DNA of 64,000 bases from Torpedo marmorata. Its lineage: Eukaryota. The notes beneath the pieces were generated by a model, which was not told the DNA's origin, made no database searches, and worked only from the letters and a program-made list of their open reading frames with translations. Shown piece by piece: positions 1-13,956 of the stretch. Position 1 is the stretch's first letter, and each line of letters starts with the position of its first letter. A program made the translations under genes and the position numbers. The stretch spans positions 101,060,001 to 101,124,000 of the forward strand of contig OZ360226.1 in the NCBI GenBank assembly GCA_977017645.1. The letters run 5' to 3'.

Positions 1-910
1 ACCTGTTGCAAACTCAAGTGCCATTTGAGTGACATATGCCAGACTATTCGGAGTTGTAATCACTTAAACCTCTTGGAACAGAGATGAGGTCAGATGTAAG
101 TGATTTTGAAGAAAGGCATGAGGTAATGCTTTCTGAAAATGAAACTAAAATTGTGGTGATGTAATGTCACATGATGTCAGAAATATATAATGAAAGCAGA
201 GAGACATTTTTGGAGGCAGATGGAACCAGACTGGAGAAAACTCTGACACTTCGGAAAGACGAAGATATAAAGTCTGAAGAACTTTAATATTCTGGAAAGG
301 CAGAATTAAGTCTGAACAATGATATCTGAGTGAGGAGGTGCTGTTCTGTGTATTATCCTTATCATAGGAGATTCACCATATAAGTGGCTTTTAAAATAAG
401 TAAGACCACTTTCAAATTGTTTCTAAGAAAAGAGGACATCAGCGTATGTTACTCTTGATTAAGAAAGAAATCATTTTGAAGATTACAGTTCCGTAACCCT
501 AACAAGATAGGGGGAACCTTGTGAACACTTGTATGAAGACTATCTCTGAAAGACAACTCATCAAAAGACGTGTGAGTTTGAAAGAAATTGAATATTCCAT
601 TCTTGCTTTATAATAATTTCTGAATCACAATTTAAAGGGATCATGAAGTTCAACAAAAGAAGTTGGAAACTGGTCTTTAAAAATTGACTTTTTCAGAATT
701 AAGTTTGAACTGAACTAGTTTGGACTTTAACACACACACATTTGCATTTGCACATAGTGGGGTTTAAGTTAGAGTTAAGTTTAGAGATAAGTATGATATG
801 TTATGTTATTAATAGTTTAAATAAAATCTATTTTTGAATTTACCATTGTCTGGTGCATATTCCATTGCTGTTTCTTTGTTAGTACTAGCAAAGTTTGTTA
901 GTTCGTAACA
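1..910 (+). mobile_element. 3' part of an LTR (solo-LTR-like), apparently nested in the Tigger-like element that follows
   Basis: AATAAA near 820, ends ...CGTAACA at 910; shares (AC)n...ATAGTGGGGTT...AATAAA...GTAACA layout with 24420-25342; 5' end is outside the window. Confidence 0.55.
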
Positions 911-2449
911 GAGGATATCCAAAACAATCAGAAATCCTCATTTATCCGAAATTTTTTCGGAGCCGAACTGACCTCAGAGGTTGAAAAAAAAATTCACCCG
1001 ACATGAAATTAGAACGACGATTGTCCTCGTTTCAGATAACTCCCTCCCCTCTCTCAATTTCTTCTTTACCTTCCCCTATTGACTTTTCTCTCCAACTCTC
1101 CCTCTCAAACTACGTGCCACTGTCTCCCAGCCGCAAGCGGTCGGAAGAATTCCTTGTCCCGGCGTCATCAAGGAGAGCGGCCTCCCAGACAGGAGCGGGA
1201 CCTTGGGCTCAGTGGCGTTCCCTCCCTCCCTCCTCTCCCCTTTTCTTCTTCCNNNNNNNNNNNNNNNNNNNNNNNNNNNNNNNNNNNNNNNNNNNNNNNN
1301 NNNNNNNNNNNNNNNNNNNNNNNNNNNNNNNNNNNNNNNNNNNNNNNNNNNNNNNNNNNNNNNNNNNNNNNNNNNNNNNNNNNNNNNNNNNNNNNNNNNN
1401 NNNNNNNNNNNNNNNNNNNNNNNNNNNNNNNNNNNNNNNNNNNNNNNNNNNNNNNNNNNNNNNNNNNNNNNNNNNNNNNNNNNNNNNNNNNNNNNNNNNN
1501 NNNNNNNNNTCCCCTTCTCTCCCTCCTCTCCCCTTCTCTCCCTCCTCTCCCCTTCCCTCCCTCCCTCCTCGGCACACCGGAGCTCCCGATGCCGACTCCG
1601 AACCCTCCCCTCGGCTTACTACCGCACACGCCTCGGGACTCGGGCGTTGGGAGCTCCGGTTACCGGAGCTCCCGACACCCGACTCCGAGTCCGAACCTTC
1701 CCCTCAGCCTACCGCACATGCACACCGGACGGGCGTCGGGAGCTCAGGTGTAGGCCGAGGGGAGGGTTCAGAGTCAGGCGTCGGCAGCTCCAGTGACACT
1801 GTGAGACCACGACTTCTGCGGCAGATACTGTGGTCTCACAGTTCAAAAATATGCGGTGCGAGAGGGCCGTGGGGTCGGGGGCGCTGCCGGGCTGAAAAGG
1901 TCGGGGGAGCGGTCGCTATTCCCCCCCCCCCCCAAAGCTACGCCCCGCTCTGTTTCCCGGGCAGGAGCGGGACCTCGGTGGGGAGGTGTCAGTGATCGTT
2001 GGGAGGGGGAGTGTGCACAGGCGAAGACTGGGTCTGTGTTGGGCTCCAACATCGAGAACCAGGACGCGAAGCCGGAACAGCCCCTGCCAGAACGAGCCCA
2101 CGGGGTGACAGGAGCTCGCCGACTCGCCAGTGAGTGTTTCACTGGCCTGGGAAGCCTCCCCGGGGATCGGCGGCGGGGACGTGTCGGGATCGGCGGTGGT
2201 GGTTGGGAGGTCTCGATGATCGGCGGCGGCATTGGGGACGTGTCGGGGATCGGTGGCGGCCAGCATTTTTTTGGTGAGAATTAAACATTAATTTAATGCT
2301 TAAAAAGCCTTCCCTTGTTGTTTAAACATTGATACAAGTGATTTGCTGTTGCTACTGGGCTCATTTTAAAAAATGACCAGTTATCCGAAAAATTCAGTCA
2401 TCCGAAACAGGTCCGGTCCCAACCATTTCGGATAATCGGAGTTGTACTG
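911..2449. mobile_element. Non-autonomous Tigger/pogo-like DNA transposon with GC-rich cargo (left TIR not in window)
   Basis: Right end TTATCCGAAAAATTC...GGTCCC...TTTCGGATAATCGGAGTTGTACTG followed by TA; subterminal region resembles the right end of the Tigger at 59052-60233. Confidence 0.65.
1253..1509. other. Assembly gap (257 N) flanked by CT-rich low-complexity sequence
   Basis: Run of N. Confidence 1.
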
Positions 2450-2707
2450 TATGTACATTTTTCATACATCATTATCGAGTCCAAGTGCTTTTCTTCCAGC
2501 ACTAAGTTCCATCTTACTATTTTATGCTTGGTGTTAGGATTTTTTTTAAGACTGCAACCCTAGATTATTTATAATGTGAATATGGTTTAACAAATTAGAA
2601 AACAAAATTTTGCATGATATTGTAAAATCACTATTTCTAATTATTATGAAGGTATAATTTTCCATTTAAGAAATTTACTTCTGAAACTGAACTTTTTTTT
2701 TCATTAA

Positions 2708-2866
<159 letters not shown>

Positions 2867-3684
2867 TAAGATTTTAAGTAATTTCTTTGACATTCCAGTG
2901 CACAAGGAAAGGAATTTTTCCAGTGAAACTCACAACATAGCACAGGCACTTGACAATAGTAGAATTGAACCCTAATGGTAATGATACCTAATAGTATCTT
3001 AACTAACTTTGGCCCCCAAGAATTGTACATTTCTAGCATTTTTATTTACATTGCTGATTTTTCCCATATTGAAATTACCTTTCCCAAAGAATAGAGAGGG
3101 GTGGATACAGTGTTCAAAGGGAGATAAAGTATCCTCGGACAAAAGACTAAGCTTGGTGTTAATGGAGAAGTATTGAGCTGTCTTCAGTTAATTCCGTTTT
3201 TTTTTGGCTAAATCGTTTTTGACAAAAAAAACCTTGGGCCAATTATGTTATGAGACAGACCAGTTTAATAAAAGAATTAACAATGACGTGTAATAAACTT
3301 TTAAATACTTCAAGGACCATGAAGCCATTATAATTTTTGATTTATGGTATGCAGTATAAATGGTTTCATAGTTTTGCCAATACAATTTATTGAATAAGTT
3401 TACTCTTTGTCGCTTCTGGATATTTTCGCAACTAAGCAATAATTGGTGCAAGGTGTAGTTGGCAGTGGCTGTTATTGAACTTGTGTCATAATTTGGCCTG
3501 CAGCACAAATTCAGCTTTAATTATCTGAGATCCTGGAATGCTGTTTGAATGCACAGAGGCCTTGCTTAGTCCAGAAATGGCTAAGAAGGGCCACTGTTAA
3601 TGTGGAAGGTCGATTTCAGCATTGCAGCACGGGTTCATGACAAGCAGTCAGTAAATGTCTGATGTTAGATGCTTGTTATTGTAT

Positions 3685-4690
3685 TTAATATACAAAAGTG
3701 CTGGAGAAACTCAACAGGTCCCGCAGCTTCCATAGGAGGCAAAGATATTTAACCAACGTTTTGGGCCTGAGCCCTTCGTTATGTGCAAAAAGCAGGCAGG
3801 CGCCTGAATAAAAAGGTGGGGGAGGAGGCCAACAGCAAAGAGGCCATTGGTGGACGTGGACAGGAGGGCAGGAGAGAAACGCTGAGAATTGATCAGGGAA
3901 GGAGGGGTTGCTATGTGAGCTGGAGGAAAAGAGACAGGGATAGGAAAAGAGAGGCGGGGAGGGGGGGGGGTGGCTAATGGAAACCCAAGAAGTCGCTTTT
4001 AATGCCATCTGGTTGGAGGTTGCCCAGACGGAATACGAGGTGTTGTTTGTCCAATTTGCAGATGGTTCCAGTTTGACAGTGCATGAGACCATGGACAGAC
4101 ATGTCGGCATGAGAATGGGGCGGGGAATTGAAATGGGTTGCCACTTGGAGATCCCTGCTATTACAGTAGACAGAGCGAAGGTGTTCAACGAAGCGATCTC
4201 CTAGTCTGCTTCCAGTCTCTGATGTAGAGGAGGCCACAATGTGAGCACTGAATGCAGTAGATGACCCCTGCAGATTCACAAGTGAAGTGTTGCTTCACTT
4301 GGAAGGACTGTTTGAGGCCCCAAATGGTGGAGAGAGAGGAGGTGTGGGTGCAAGTGTAGCCTTTCCTGCGGTCACAGGGGTAGGTACCAAGGGGGCAATT
4401 GGTGGTAAGGGATGAGTAGACGAGGGAGTCACGGAGGGAGCAGTCCCTGCAGATTGAGGAGAGGGGAAGATGTGTCTGGAGGTGGGATCGCATTGTTGGT
4501 GGTGGAAATTGCAGAGGATATGTTGGACGTGGAGGCCGGTCGGGTGCTAGGGAAGAACAAGTGGAATCCTGTCCTTGCGTGCACCTGGGAGCAGAGGGTG
4601 CCAGGGCAGATGTGCGGGAAATGGAGGATATGCGGATGAGGGTCGAGTTGATAGTAGAGGGGATGCCACGTTTTTTTGGAAGAAGGACAC
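3685..4690 (-). mobile_element. Penelope-like element 3' fragment (GIY-YIG endonuclease + pLTR), degenerate
   Basis: Minus ORFs VIYCIQCSHCGLLYIR..RLGDRFVEH..HLVFRLGNLQPDG; pLTR at about 3685-3970. Confidence 0.9.
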
Positions 4691-5024
4691 ATTATGTCTT
4701 AACCACAAATAACATGATGCAAGAGTTGCAGCGACTGATCTAAAAAGGTTACTGAATAGAGGCAGGCTTGGGTTGACACATTCTAAAAACAGATTTGTTT
4801 TAATTTAAACTTTGGTTTTAAAAAGAAGAATGAAGCACTTATTTAGTTAAGTGCTACAATCTTCACGAGAGCTAAATCGACCAAACTTTGACAGTGAGCC
4901 ATGTTTGAGGCATTTGGACAGAAGATAGATTCTGATGAGTGTTTCATAGGAAATGAGAAAAGTAGGGAGTTTCAGTATTTTACGGTACCAAGTGTGTGGG
5001 GGGAATTCCAGAGGTATGAGGAAG

Positions 5025-5720
5025 GGGGTGAAACACGAAAGTCTGCAGACACTGTGATTGTAGTAAAAACACACCAAAGTGCTGGAGGAAATCAGCCGGT
5101 CTTTTCAGCGTCTATAGGAGACAAAGATATATTGCCGACGTTTCGGGCCTGAGCCCTTCTTCAAGGAATAAGCAGAAGCAGGAAATCTCAAAGTCTCAGA
5201 ATTCAAACAATGGGGGAGGAATCTAGACCAACAAAAGGTGTTAATGGGATATGATAAGGGAGGAGGTAGTTTAACGAAAGTCAGAGAAGTCGATATTAAT
5301 GCCATCCGGTTGGAGAGTGCCCAGTCGGAAGATGAGGTGTTGCTCTGCCAATTTATGGGTGGTTTCAGTCTGGTAGTGCATGAGACCATGGACAGACATG
5401 TCAGCAAGGGAATGGGATGGAGAATTGAAATGGGTGGCCACTGGGAGATCCATGCTATTGCGGCGGACAGAGCCAAGGTGCTCAACAAAGCGATCTCTCA
5501 GTCTGAGTCCAGTCTCTCCAATGTAGAGGAGACCACAACGGGAGCACCGGACGCAGTACATGACCCCTGCAGATTCACAAGTGAAATGTTGCTTCACTTG
5601 GAAGGACTGTTTGGGGCTCGAATGGTGGTGAAGGAGGAGGTGTGGGCGCAAGTGGAGCATCTCCTACGGTCACAGGGTTAGGTCCCAAGGGAACGATTGG
5701 TGGGGAGGGAGGAGTGGACT
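5025..5720 (-). mobile_element. Penelope-like element 3' fragment (GIY-YIG + pLTR)
   Basis: ORF 5271-5660 VMYCVRCSRCGLLYIGETGLRLRDRFVEH...LQPDGINIDF. Confidence 0.9.
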
Positions 5721-5948
5721 TCACTTGGAAGGAGAGATTAGGGGTTCAGCAGCTGAAGTCACTGACCAGAAGTGGAAGAATATGAATGTATCATAAAGCT
5801 GGAGCTGGGACAGAGATAAAGGGGGTGTTTGCAAACAAAGGTAAAAGTTTAACTGAAGAGAGATTGTAAGCAAGCACCAGGTGTGACTTAATTGGACTAA
5901 CAAATTTTAATTGATATGACTTTCATAGTTTACAAAAATAATTATTGA

Positions 5949-6122
<174 letters not shown>

Positions 6123-6224
6123 TGAGTATTTAATTCACAAGCTGAGGTTTTGTAAATTTGAATTGAATTTCACTGGTCAGGTTTTATGTCAGATAGTAAA
6201 CATTTTTGTGCGCATTCTTTTTAG

Positions 6225-6301
6225 GTAAATCTCTGCTTTGACCAATTTGTGTACAAGTTGGCTGACCAGATATTTGCTTACTACAAGATTCTAGCAGGCA
6301 G
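6225..6301 (+). CDS. CYFIP1: CYFIP1 coding exon ([26 protein letters not shown])
   Basis: TAG/GT bounded, translation. Confidence 0.97.
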
Positions 6302-6386
6302 GTAATGATGAAATCCAATATTCATATTTTGGAAAATGTGCAGTAAAAGTTGCTGCATTTGAATGATTTTACAATATCATGATTAA

Positions 6387-6521
<135 letters not shown>

Positions 6522-6849
6522 TAAGTACAAAATTGAAAGCTCAAATGCTGTGCTGCAGAAAAAAAACACCATAAAAATGAAAGGTGAATCCATGGACACT
6601 CGGTGACTCTGGGGGAACTCTCTTTTGCTTCTCTTTCTCTGACTGTAAGGCGCTTCAGGCAATTTCTGCCGATGGCGAATCTGTCTGCCTTACAGCAGGC
6701 AAAAGCATTTTCGTGTAATATAACACTATTTTATTGCATGACAATAAATTGAATCTTGAAAATAAATCTTTATCTCACCTTTTCTGTTTCGTAAGCTCTA
6801 TTCAAATGATTGTTGTTTGTTTTTATTGCTTTTTTGAATGCAAATTATA

Positions 6850-8750
6850 GAAAATAGAACAGTACAGGCCCTCCCACCCACAATGTTGTGCTAACCTACA
6901 TAAACCGACTAACACTGTCAATCTAACCCTTCCTCCCTCGTAGTCCATAATCCTTCCTCCCTCATAGTTCATAACTCCCCATTTTTCTTGCATCCATGTG
7001 CCTGTCTATTAAATGTCCCTCTTGTATCAGCCTCAACTACTACCCCGACAGTGTATCCCAGATACCCACCACTGTGTAAAAAAACAAAAACCTACCTTTG
7101 ATATCTCCCCTAAACTTTCCTCCACTAATCTTAGATGTCCTCTCGTACTGGCCATTGCCATCCTGCCCTTCATAACCTTATACACTTCTATTGTCTCCTC
7201 TAATCCTCCATTGCTACGAAGAGAAAAGCCCAAGCTCTATCAACCTTTCCTCATAAGACATTTTCTCCAATCCAGGCAGCATAATGGTAAATCTCCTCTA
7301 CACCCTCGCTAAAGCTTCCACATCCTTTCTATAATGAAGTGACCAGAACTGACTGTGGTCTCGCCAGAGATTTATAGTACTACAACATTACTTCAAGGCA
7401 AAATTGAATAAATTTAAATCAGAAATATCAGATGCGGCAAAGAAATAGGAAAATTTTACATTTAACCTGGTCATGCCCCAAAGTAAAACCTTTCTGGACA
7501 GACTTAGGGAAACTCTTAGAACAAATTACAGAAATTCAGTTCCCACAACGCCCAGAATTATTTCTATTGGGCAATATCTCCGGCGTAAGACCTAAGATGA
7601 GGCTGTCAAAATTTCAAATAAAATTTGTGAAGATCGCATTGGCGGTGGCCAGAAAATGTATAGCAGTCACATGGAAGTCTGATTCCCATCTAGGTATGAC
7701 AAGATGGAATGAGGAAATGTACAGTTGTGTTCCCCTTGAGAAGATTACCTATAATCTTAGAAATAGATATGATATATTTTTAAAGATTTGGACTCCATAT
7801 TTACAACACATGGCTGTAAATCTATTACCTTGCCCTCAGGACCTATGTCCATTTCCTCTTCAGAAATCTGAGTATGCCAAGTAATTTAAGCCTGCGGGGT
7901 GGACGACGAGCCTCCAACGTCTTCTTTCCTTTTCTATTTCAACCTTTTCTATTTCAACCTTTTCTTATTCTATTCCTCTCTTTTCTTTCATTTAGGGGAG
8001 AATTGGGTGGGTGGGTTTTCCTTTATTTGTAATTTTGTTGTTTTTTAGTATAATAGTTAACAGACGAATATTATTTGATGATGTATTATTTTTGTTATTG
8101 ATAATATGTTTGGCTTTAAAAAATACAAGTAAAATATTTAAAAAAAACATTACTTCACGGCTCTTGAACTCAATTCCCAGAATAATGAGGCCAGCACATC
8201 CTACGCCTTCTTAAGCACCCTGTAACCTTTGCAGCAGCTTTGAGGGAGTTATGGTCTTGGATTCCAAGATCCCTCTGTTCCTTCACTCTGCTAAGAATTC
8301 TTCCATTAACCTTGTACTCTGCCTTCGAGTTCAATCTTCCAAAGTGTATCATTTCGCACTTTTCTGGTTTGACCTCCACCTTTGACTTCTCCGCCCAACT
8401 ATGCATCCTGTCCATATCCTGTTGTAGTCCATGCCAGCCCTCTTAAACTATCCAAAGTCGTTGTGTCGTCTGCAAACTTACTAACCCACCCCTCACTTCC
8501 TCATCCAAGTAATTTATTAAGATCACAAGGAGCAGAGGTCCCAAAACATATCCCTGAGGAACGCCACAAGTTACCGACCTCCAGTTAGTCTACGCTCCAT
8601 CTACTACCACCCTCTGCCTTATATGGGCAAGCCAATACAGAATCTATGCAGCCAGGTTTATATGGACCCCATGCCTCCTGAATTTTTGGAAGATGGGGAA
8701 CCTTGCCAAACGCATTACTAAAATCCATGTAGACTATATCCACCGTTCTA
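6850..8750 (-). mobile_element. Old CR1 LINE fragment, interrupted by an L1 insertion
   Basis: Minus peptides WAEK..EKCEMIHFGR..QRDLGI and CR1 3' tail at about 6850; sequence resumes after the TSD at 8146. Confidence 0.85.
7396..8145 (+). mobile_element. 5'-truncated fish-type L1 (ORF2 C-terminus, 3'UTR, A-tail)
   Basis: HLTWSCPKVKPFW...ALAVARKCIAVTWKS...PLEKITY; 12-bp TSD AACATTACTTCA at 7384-7395 and 8146-8157. Confidence 0.9.
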
Positions 8751-8751
8751 C

Positions 8752-9893
8752 CATAGAACAATTACAGCACAGAAACAGGCCACCTCGGCCCCTCTAGTCT
8801 GTGCCAAACTATTCTTTTTCCTAGTCCCACTGACCTGCACCCAGCCCATAGCCCTCCATACCTCTTCCATCCATGTACCTGTCCAAATTCTTCTTAAATG
8901 TTAAAATTGAGTCTGCATTTACCACTTCAACTGGAAGCTCGTTCCACACTCCCACCACTGTCTGTGTGAAGAGGTTCCCCCTCATTTTCCCCCTAAACCT
9001 TTCCCCTTTCACCCTTAACCCATGTCCTCTGATTTGTATCTCACCTACCCTCAGTGAAAAAAGCCTATCTACATTTACTCTGTCTATCCCCCTCATAATT
9101 TTAAATACCTCTATTAAATCTCCCCTCATTCTTCTACGCTCCAGGGAATAAAGTCCTAACCTATTTAACCTTTCCCTGTAACTCAATTCCTGAAGTCCGG
9201 ACAACATCCTAGTAAACCTTCTCTGCACTCTTTCCATCTCATTGATATCTTTCCTGTAGTTGGGTGACCAAAACTGCACACAATACTCCAAATTTGGCCT
9301 CACCAATGTCTTATACAACTTTAACATAACTCCCCAACTCCTGTACTCAATACTTTGATTTATGAAGGCCAATATACCAAAAGCTCTCTTTACAACCCTA
9401 TCCACCTGTGATACCACTTTCAGGGAATTATTTATCCGTATTCCCAGATCCCTCTGTTCTATCGCACTACCATTTACCGTGTATGTCCTTTCTTGGTTTG
9501 TCCTTCCAAAATGCAACACCTCACACTTGTCTGCATTAAACTCCATCTGCCATTTTTCAGCCCACTTTACCAGCTGGTCCAGATCCTTCTGCAAGCTTTG
9601 AAAACCTTCTTCGCTGTCCACAACACCTACAATCTTAGTGTCACCTGCAAACTTGCTGATCCAATTTACCACATTATCATCCAGATCATCAATGTAGATG
9701 ACAAACAACAATGGTCCCAGCATTACTCCCTGAGGCACGCCACTAGTCGCAGGCCTCCAATCTGAGAAGCAATCTTCCACCCCTACTCTCTGGCTTCTCC
9801 CGTCCAGCCATTGTCGAATCCAGTTCACTACTTCACCATGAATACCTAGCGTCTGAACTTTCCTGACTAACCTCCCATGTGGGACCTTGTCAA
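8752..9893 (-). mobile_element. Young CR1 LINE 3' fragment with open RT ORF
   Basis: ORF 8821-9828: SGVPQG..LGPLLF..KFAGDTK..LYKTLVRPNLEYC..RGDLIEVFKI. Confidence 0.95.
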
Positions 9894-10049
9894 TTCATCG
9901 ATTTGTTTTATCACCTCATGTTTGGAGATATTTATTTACAACTAATACATACCATTAAAACAGGCAAAATACTTGATTCTGGTAATTTTGTTGTGTCAAA
10001 TATTTAATTAATCTTGATGCACTAATATTCTAAATATTTTGAATGATAG

Positions 10050-10190
<141 letters not shown>

Positions 10191-10519
10191 TAAGAGATGT
10201 GCACTGTATTTAAAAAAAATGAAGCTATGAAAAGCATTGAAATTATTTGTGTTGGGTTTAAATACATTTATGTCACTTTCATTATGCTGTTTTGCTTATT
10301 TTGCCCCTTGTATCATTACACAGCCTGCTAACAAACAGTCGGCTACTCATCAACAGCATTTTGATCTCTGATAACCAGAGATGAAATTCTGCAAGCAATA
10401 ATAAGATTTTTGGGGTGGGGGGATTTATTATTTAATGTTATGATTATGCAAGTGCAGTCTTTTACAATAGGATATATAGCCTGCCTTGAAAGAATTGCAT
10501 TTGTAAAATTATATGAAGC

Positions 10520-10555
<36 letters not shown>

Positions 10556-10563
10556 TTAGGACA

Positions 10564-10825
10564 GGGCGGCACGGTTGGCGTAGCGATTAGCGCAACGCTT
10601 TTACAGCGCCAGCGATCGGGACCGGACTGGGGTTCTAGTCCCGCGCTGCCTGTAAGGAGTTTGTACGTTCTCTCCGTGTCCGCCAGGGTTTTCTCCGGTG
10701 GCTCCGGTTTCCTCCCACCGTTCAAAAACGTACCGGGGATGTAAGTTGGTGGGGTGTAAATTGGGCAGCATGGACTCATGGGCCGAAATGGCCTGTTACT
10801 GTGCTGTATGTGTAAATTTTTTAAA
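10564..10825 (+). mobile_element. tRNA-derived SINE (V-SINE/HE1-like) with CR1-like tail
   Basis: Pol III A/B-box-like head, core GGAGTTTGTACGTTCTCTCCGTG, tail GGGCCGAAATGGCCTGTTACTGTGCTGT. Confidence 0.8.
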
Positions 10826-11402
10826 AGTATGGTGTTTCATATTACTGTATCACCATGATATAGCAGTATTGATGGACACAAAGTCCTGATCATTTCCCCA
10901 ACCTTTCTCATAAAATTCATCTTGGTCATATTATCCTGAATTGATAGGACTAAATGGACTCTTTAGACTTAACAATTGAAGGGAAAATTTCAAGCCATCT
11001 CTGAGTTTTTCACCAGGAATCCATTTCAGATTAATTTTGAAAATTGGAGTTTTCCATTGTATGTAATAATAAGAATCGTGCAGTTTTGATTTGGACAAGA
11101 TGTAATGGAGGAAAATACAAATTTTATTTACAAAGGAAAATTAATAAATGGAAAGCAGATATAATTGAATCTTGAAAGTTGGACATGCACGGAGAACAAA
11201 TGTGCAGAATAATGGGGAGAAAGGTGGGGTGTGGCAAAATTTTGCAGGTCTTTCGAAGAGCTGGCACAGACTCTGAATCTGCAACCTAACATATAGTACA
11301 ATGCCTTCACCCAGTAAACCATGAGGCAAGTTGATTGCTCAAGCTTCAGATGTCTAATTTATAATATTGAGCACTTATTTTATTCTGATTTTGTTTCTTT
11401 AG

Positions 11403-11711
<309 letters not shown>

Positions 11712-12025
11712 TGAGACTGTTCTATTTTGCGTAAGATCGGTTAAACTATATTACGTACTACTTTTGATCAATTTAAATGAGGTAGAAGCAAGCCAGGGTT
11801 TGTCCAGGACACTGATTTCCTTATGGCCTTTTCCTGTGACATTGTACAAGCAATTCCTAAGTATCAGCAATAACATTTTAAATTTATATAGTATCATTTG
11901 ATGGTAAGGTGCTCATAGGAATAAATCAGGCAGAAGTTTATGCTGAGTTAAAGAATAAGATTTCAGCATCGGTTATTTAAATTCTAATTAAGGATCTCGT
12001 ACTGAAAAGCAAAATGTTTCTCTTT

Positions 12026-12340
12026 CATAGAACGCTACAGGACAGAAAACAGGCTTTTCGGCCCTTCTAGTCTATGCAGACCATTATTCCGCTAGTCCCA
12101 TTGACCTGCTCCCATTCCATAACCCTTCAGACCTCTCCCATCCATGTATCTATCCAATTTATTCTTAAAACTTAAGATCGAGCCTGCATTCACTACATCA
12201 GATGGCAGCTCATTTCACACTCCCACCACTCTCTGAGTGAAGAACTTTCCCCTTATGTTCCCCCAAAACTTTTCCCCTTTCAGCTTAAAACTATGACCTC
12301 TCGTATTTATCTCCCCCAATCTAAGTGGAAAAAGCCTGAC
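12026..12340 (-). mobile_element. CR1 3' end fragment
   Basis: Near copy of 8752-9070; LFPLRLGEINTRGH peptide. Confidence 0.85.
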
Positions 12341-12719
12341 CACCTGAACATTTCCAACATGTTTAGATTTTATTTCAGATTTCCAACGTCTGCAGTTTTT
12401 TAAATTTTCATTTACATACATGCTGTAGTGTTCTGTGTTCTATATTTATATTGCTTGCTTCTATTCTATGTAGCATTAAAATCCGTGTACATTCTTTTAT
12501 CATTCATCAGATTTTATTATTCATTTTCGTCTGGATCTTTGAAGTATTCCATTTGGTCAGGAACAGGCTCCCAATTTCCATTTGTGACCATAATTCTATC
12601 CTGAACAATACCATAATCCCCTATCAATCTTGTCACTTTTTGATCCAAATCATTCTGTCTCCCAACCTATAGATTTTGTGTTACACTCTTCTGTTAAAAA
12701 TATTTATTCACTGTTTTTT

Positions 12720-13560
12720 GCCATCCTTTAAGGAAGATATACTTCCAAAAATTCAAAGGACAAACCTAGCCTGTCCAGCCTTATCTCGTAAGGGAACCTG
12801 CCCATTTCTGGTATAACTGCAACATTGTGATAACTTCCCTAATTACTCACTGTACTGACTAGCCTTTTGAGAATCTTGCATTTGGTCAATCAGATCTCTG
12901 CAATCTCTCATCATTTAGGTAATAAACGTTTTATTTCCTGCCAAAATGAACAATTTCACATTTCTCACCTTACATATTGGTGTTTACCACATCTTTGCTC
13001 ACGCACTTAACCTATCTATATCATTTGTAATTTCGTACTCTACACAACTTGCGTTCCTACCTATCCTTTATATCACCGAATTTAGTAACCATACTTTTGA
13101 TTCCTTCATCCAAATATTTATAGATTTTTTTAAAAAGTGGAGGGCCCAGCACTGATTCCTGTGGACATTCAACTCGTTATATCGTCAACCAGAAAAAAAA
13201 AATTATGCCCATTGTCCAGCTGTGCATTATGCCCATTATCTTGTCAACATGTTACCTCCTACCCCACAAAACTGTTATGTTCTGCAACAGCCTTCCATGC
13301 AGCACCTTATCAAATGCCTTTTCAAAATATGTATACTACATTCACTTTTGTTCACTGCACATTACAACTTCAAAGATCTTCAATTTATTGATCAAACATG
13401 ATTTCACTTTTGCAAAATCATGTTGACTTTGCCAAATTACCCTGAATGTTTCTTTGTACCCTGCTGTAACGCCTTTACCAGTAGCTTCTGATATTTTTTC
13501 TGTGACAGATGTTAATCTAGTTGACCTCTAGTCTTCTACTGTCTGTCTCCCTATTTGAAT
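12720..13560 (-). mobile_element. Highly degenerate CR1 fragment
   Basis: Reverse-complement remnants of the FQKAFDKV and QHDF RT motifs. Confidence 0.55.
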
Positions 13561-13579
13561 AGAGGGGCTTCATTTATAG

Positions 13580-13956
13580 CAGTGGTTTTCAAACTGCCCC
13601 CCTAAACTCACATTCTACCTTAAGCAATCCCTATGCCATAAGTGCTCTGTGATTGGTAAAGGATTGTTTACGGTGGTATGTGAGTGGGAAGGGAAGGTTG
13701 AGAACCACTGCTCTAGACCCAATTGTTACTGAAATATTTTGCTTGAGAAAAATTGTCATTTGGCCCATTTCCTTTGGAGTTATGAAACCGTGCACATAAC
13801 GAGTCAATTAGGTACGATTAAAACAGTGGTTTTCAAACCTTTTTCTTTCCACTCACATACCACCTTAAGCAATCCCTTACTAATCACAGAGCACTTATGG
13901 CATAGGGATTGCTTAAGGTGGAATGTGAGTTTAGGGGGGCAGTTTGAAAACCACTG
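13580..13956. mobile_element. hAT (Charlie-type) MITE, composite of two inverted monomers
   Basis: TIR CAGTGGTTTTCAAACTGCCCCCC; 8-bp TSD ATTTATAG/ATTTAGAG; internal monomer ends at about 13710 and 13823. Confidence 0.85.

Noticed and set aside
1003-2284. Long overlapping ORFs on both strands
   Set aside because: Span an N gap or GC-rich low-complexity transposon cargo; no recognisable domain
10525-10553. Long poly(A) next to the SINE as a retro-tail
   Set aside because: Lies 5' of a plus-strand SINE with no TSD or recognisable upstream element; treated as a simple homopolymer
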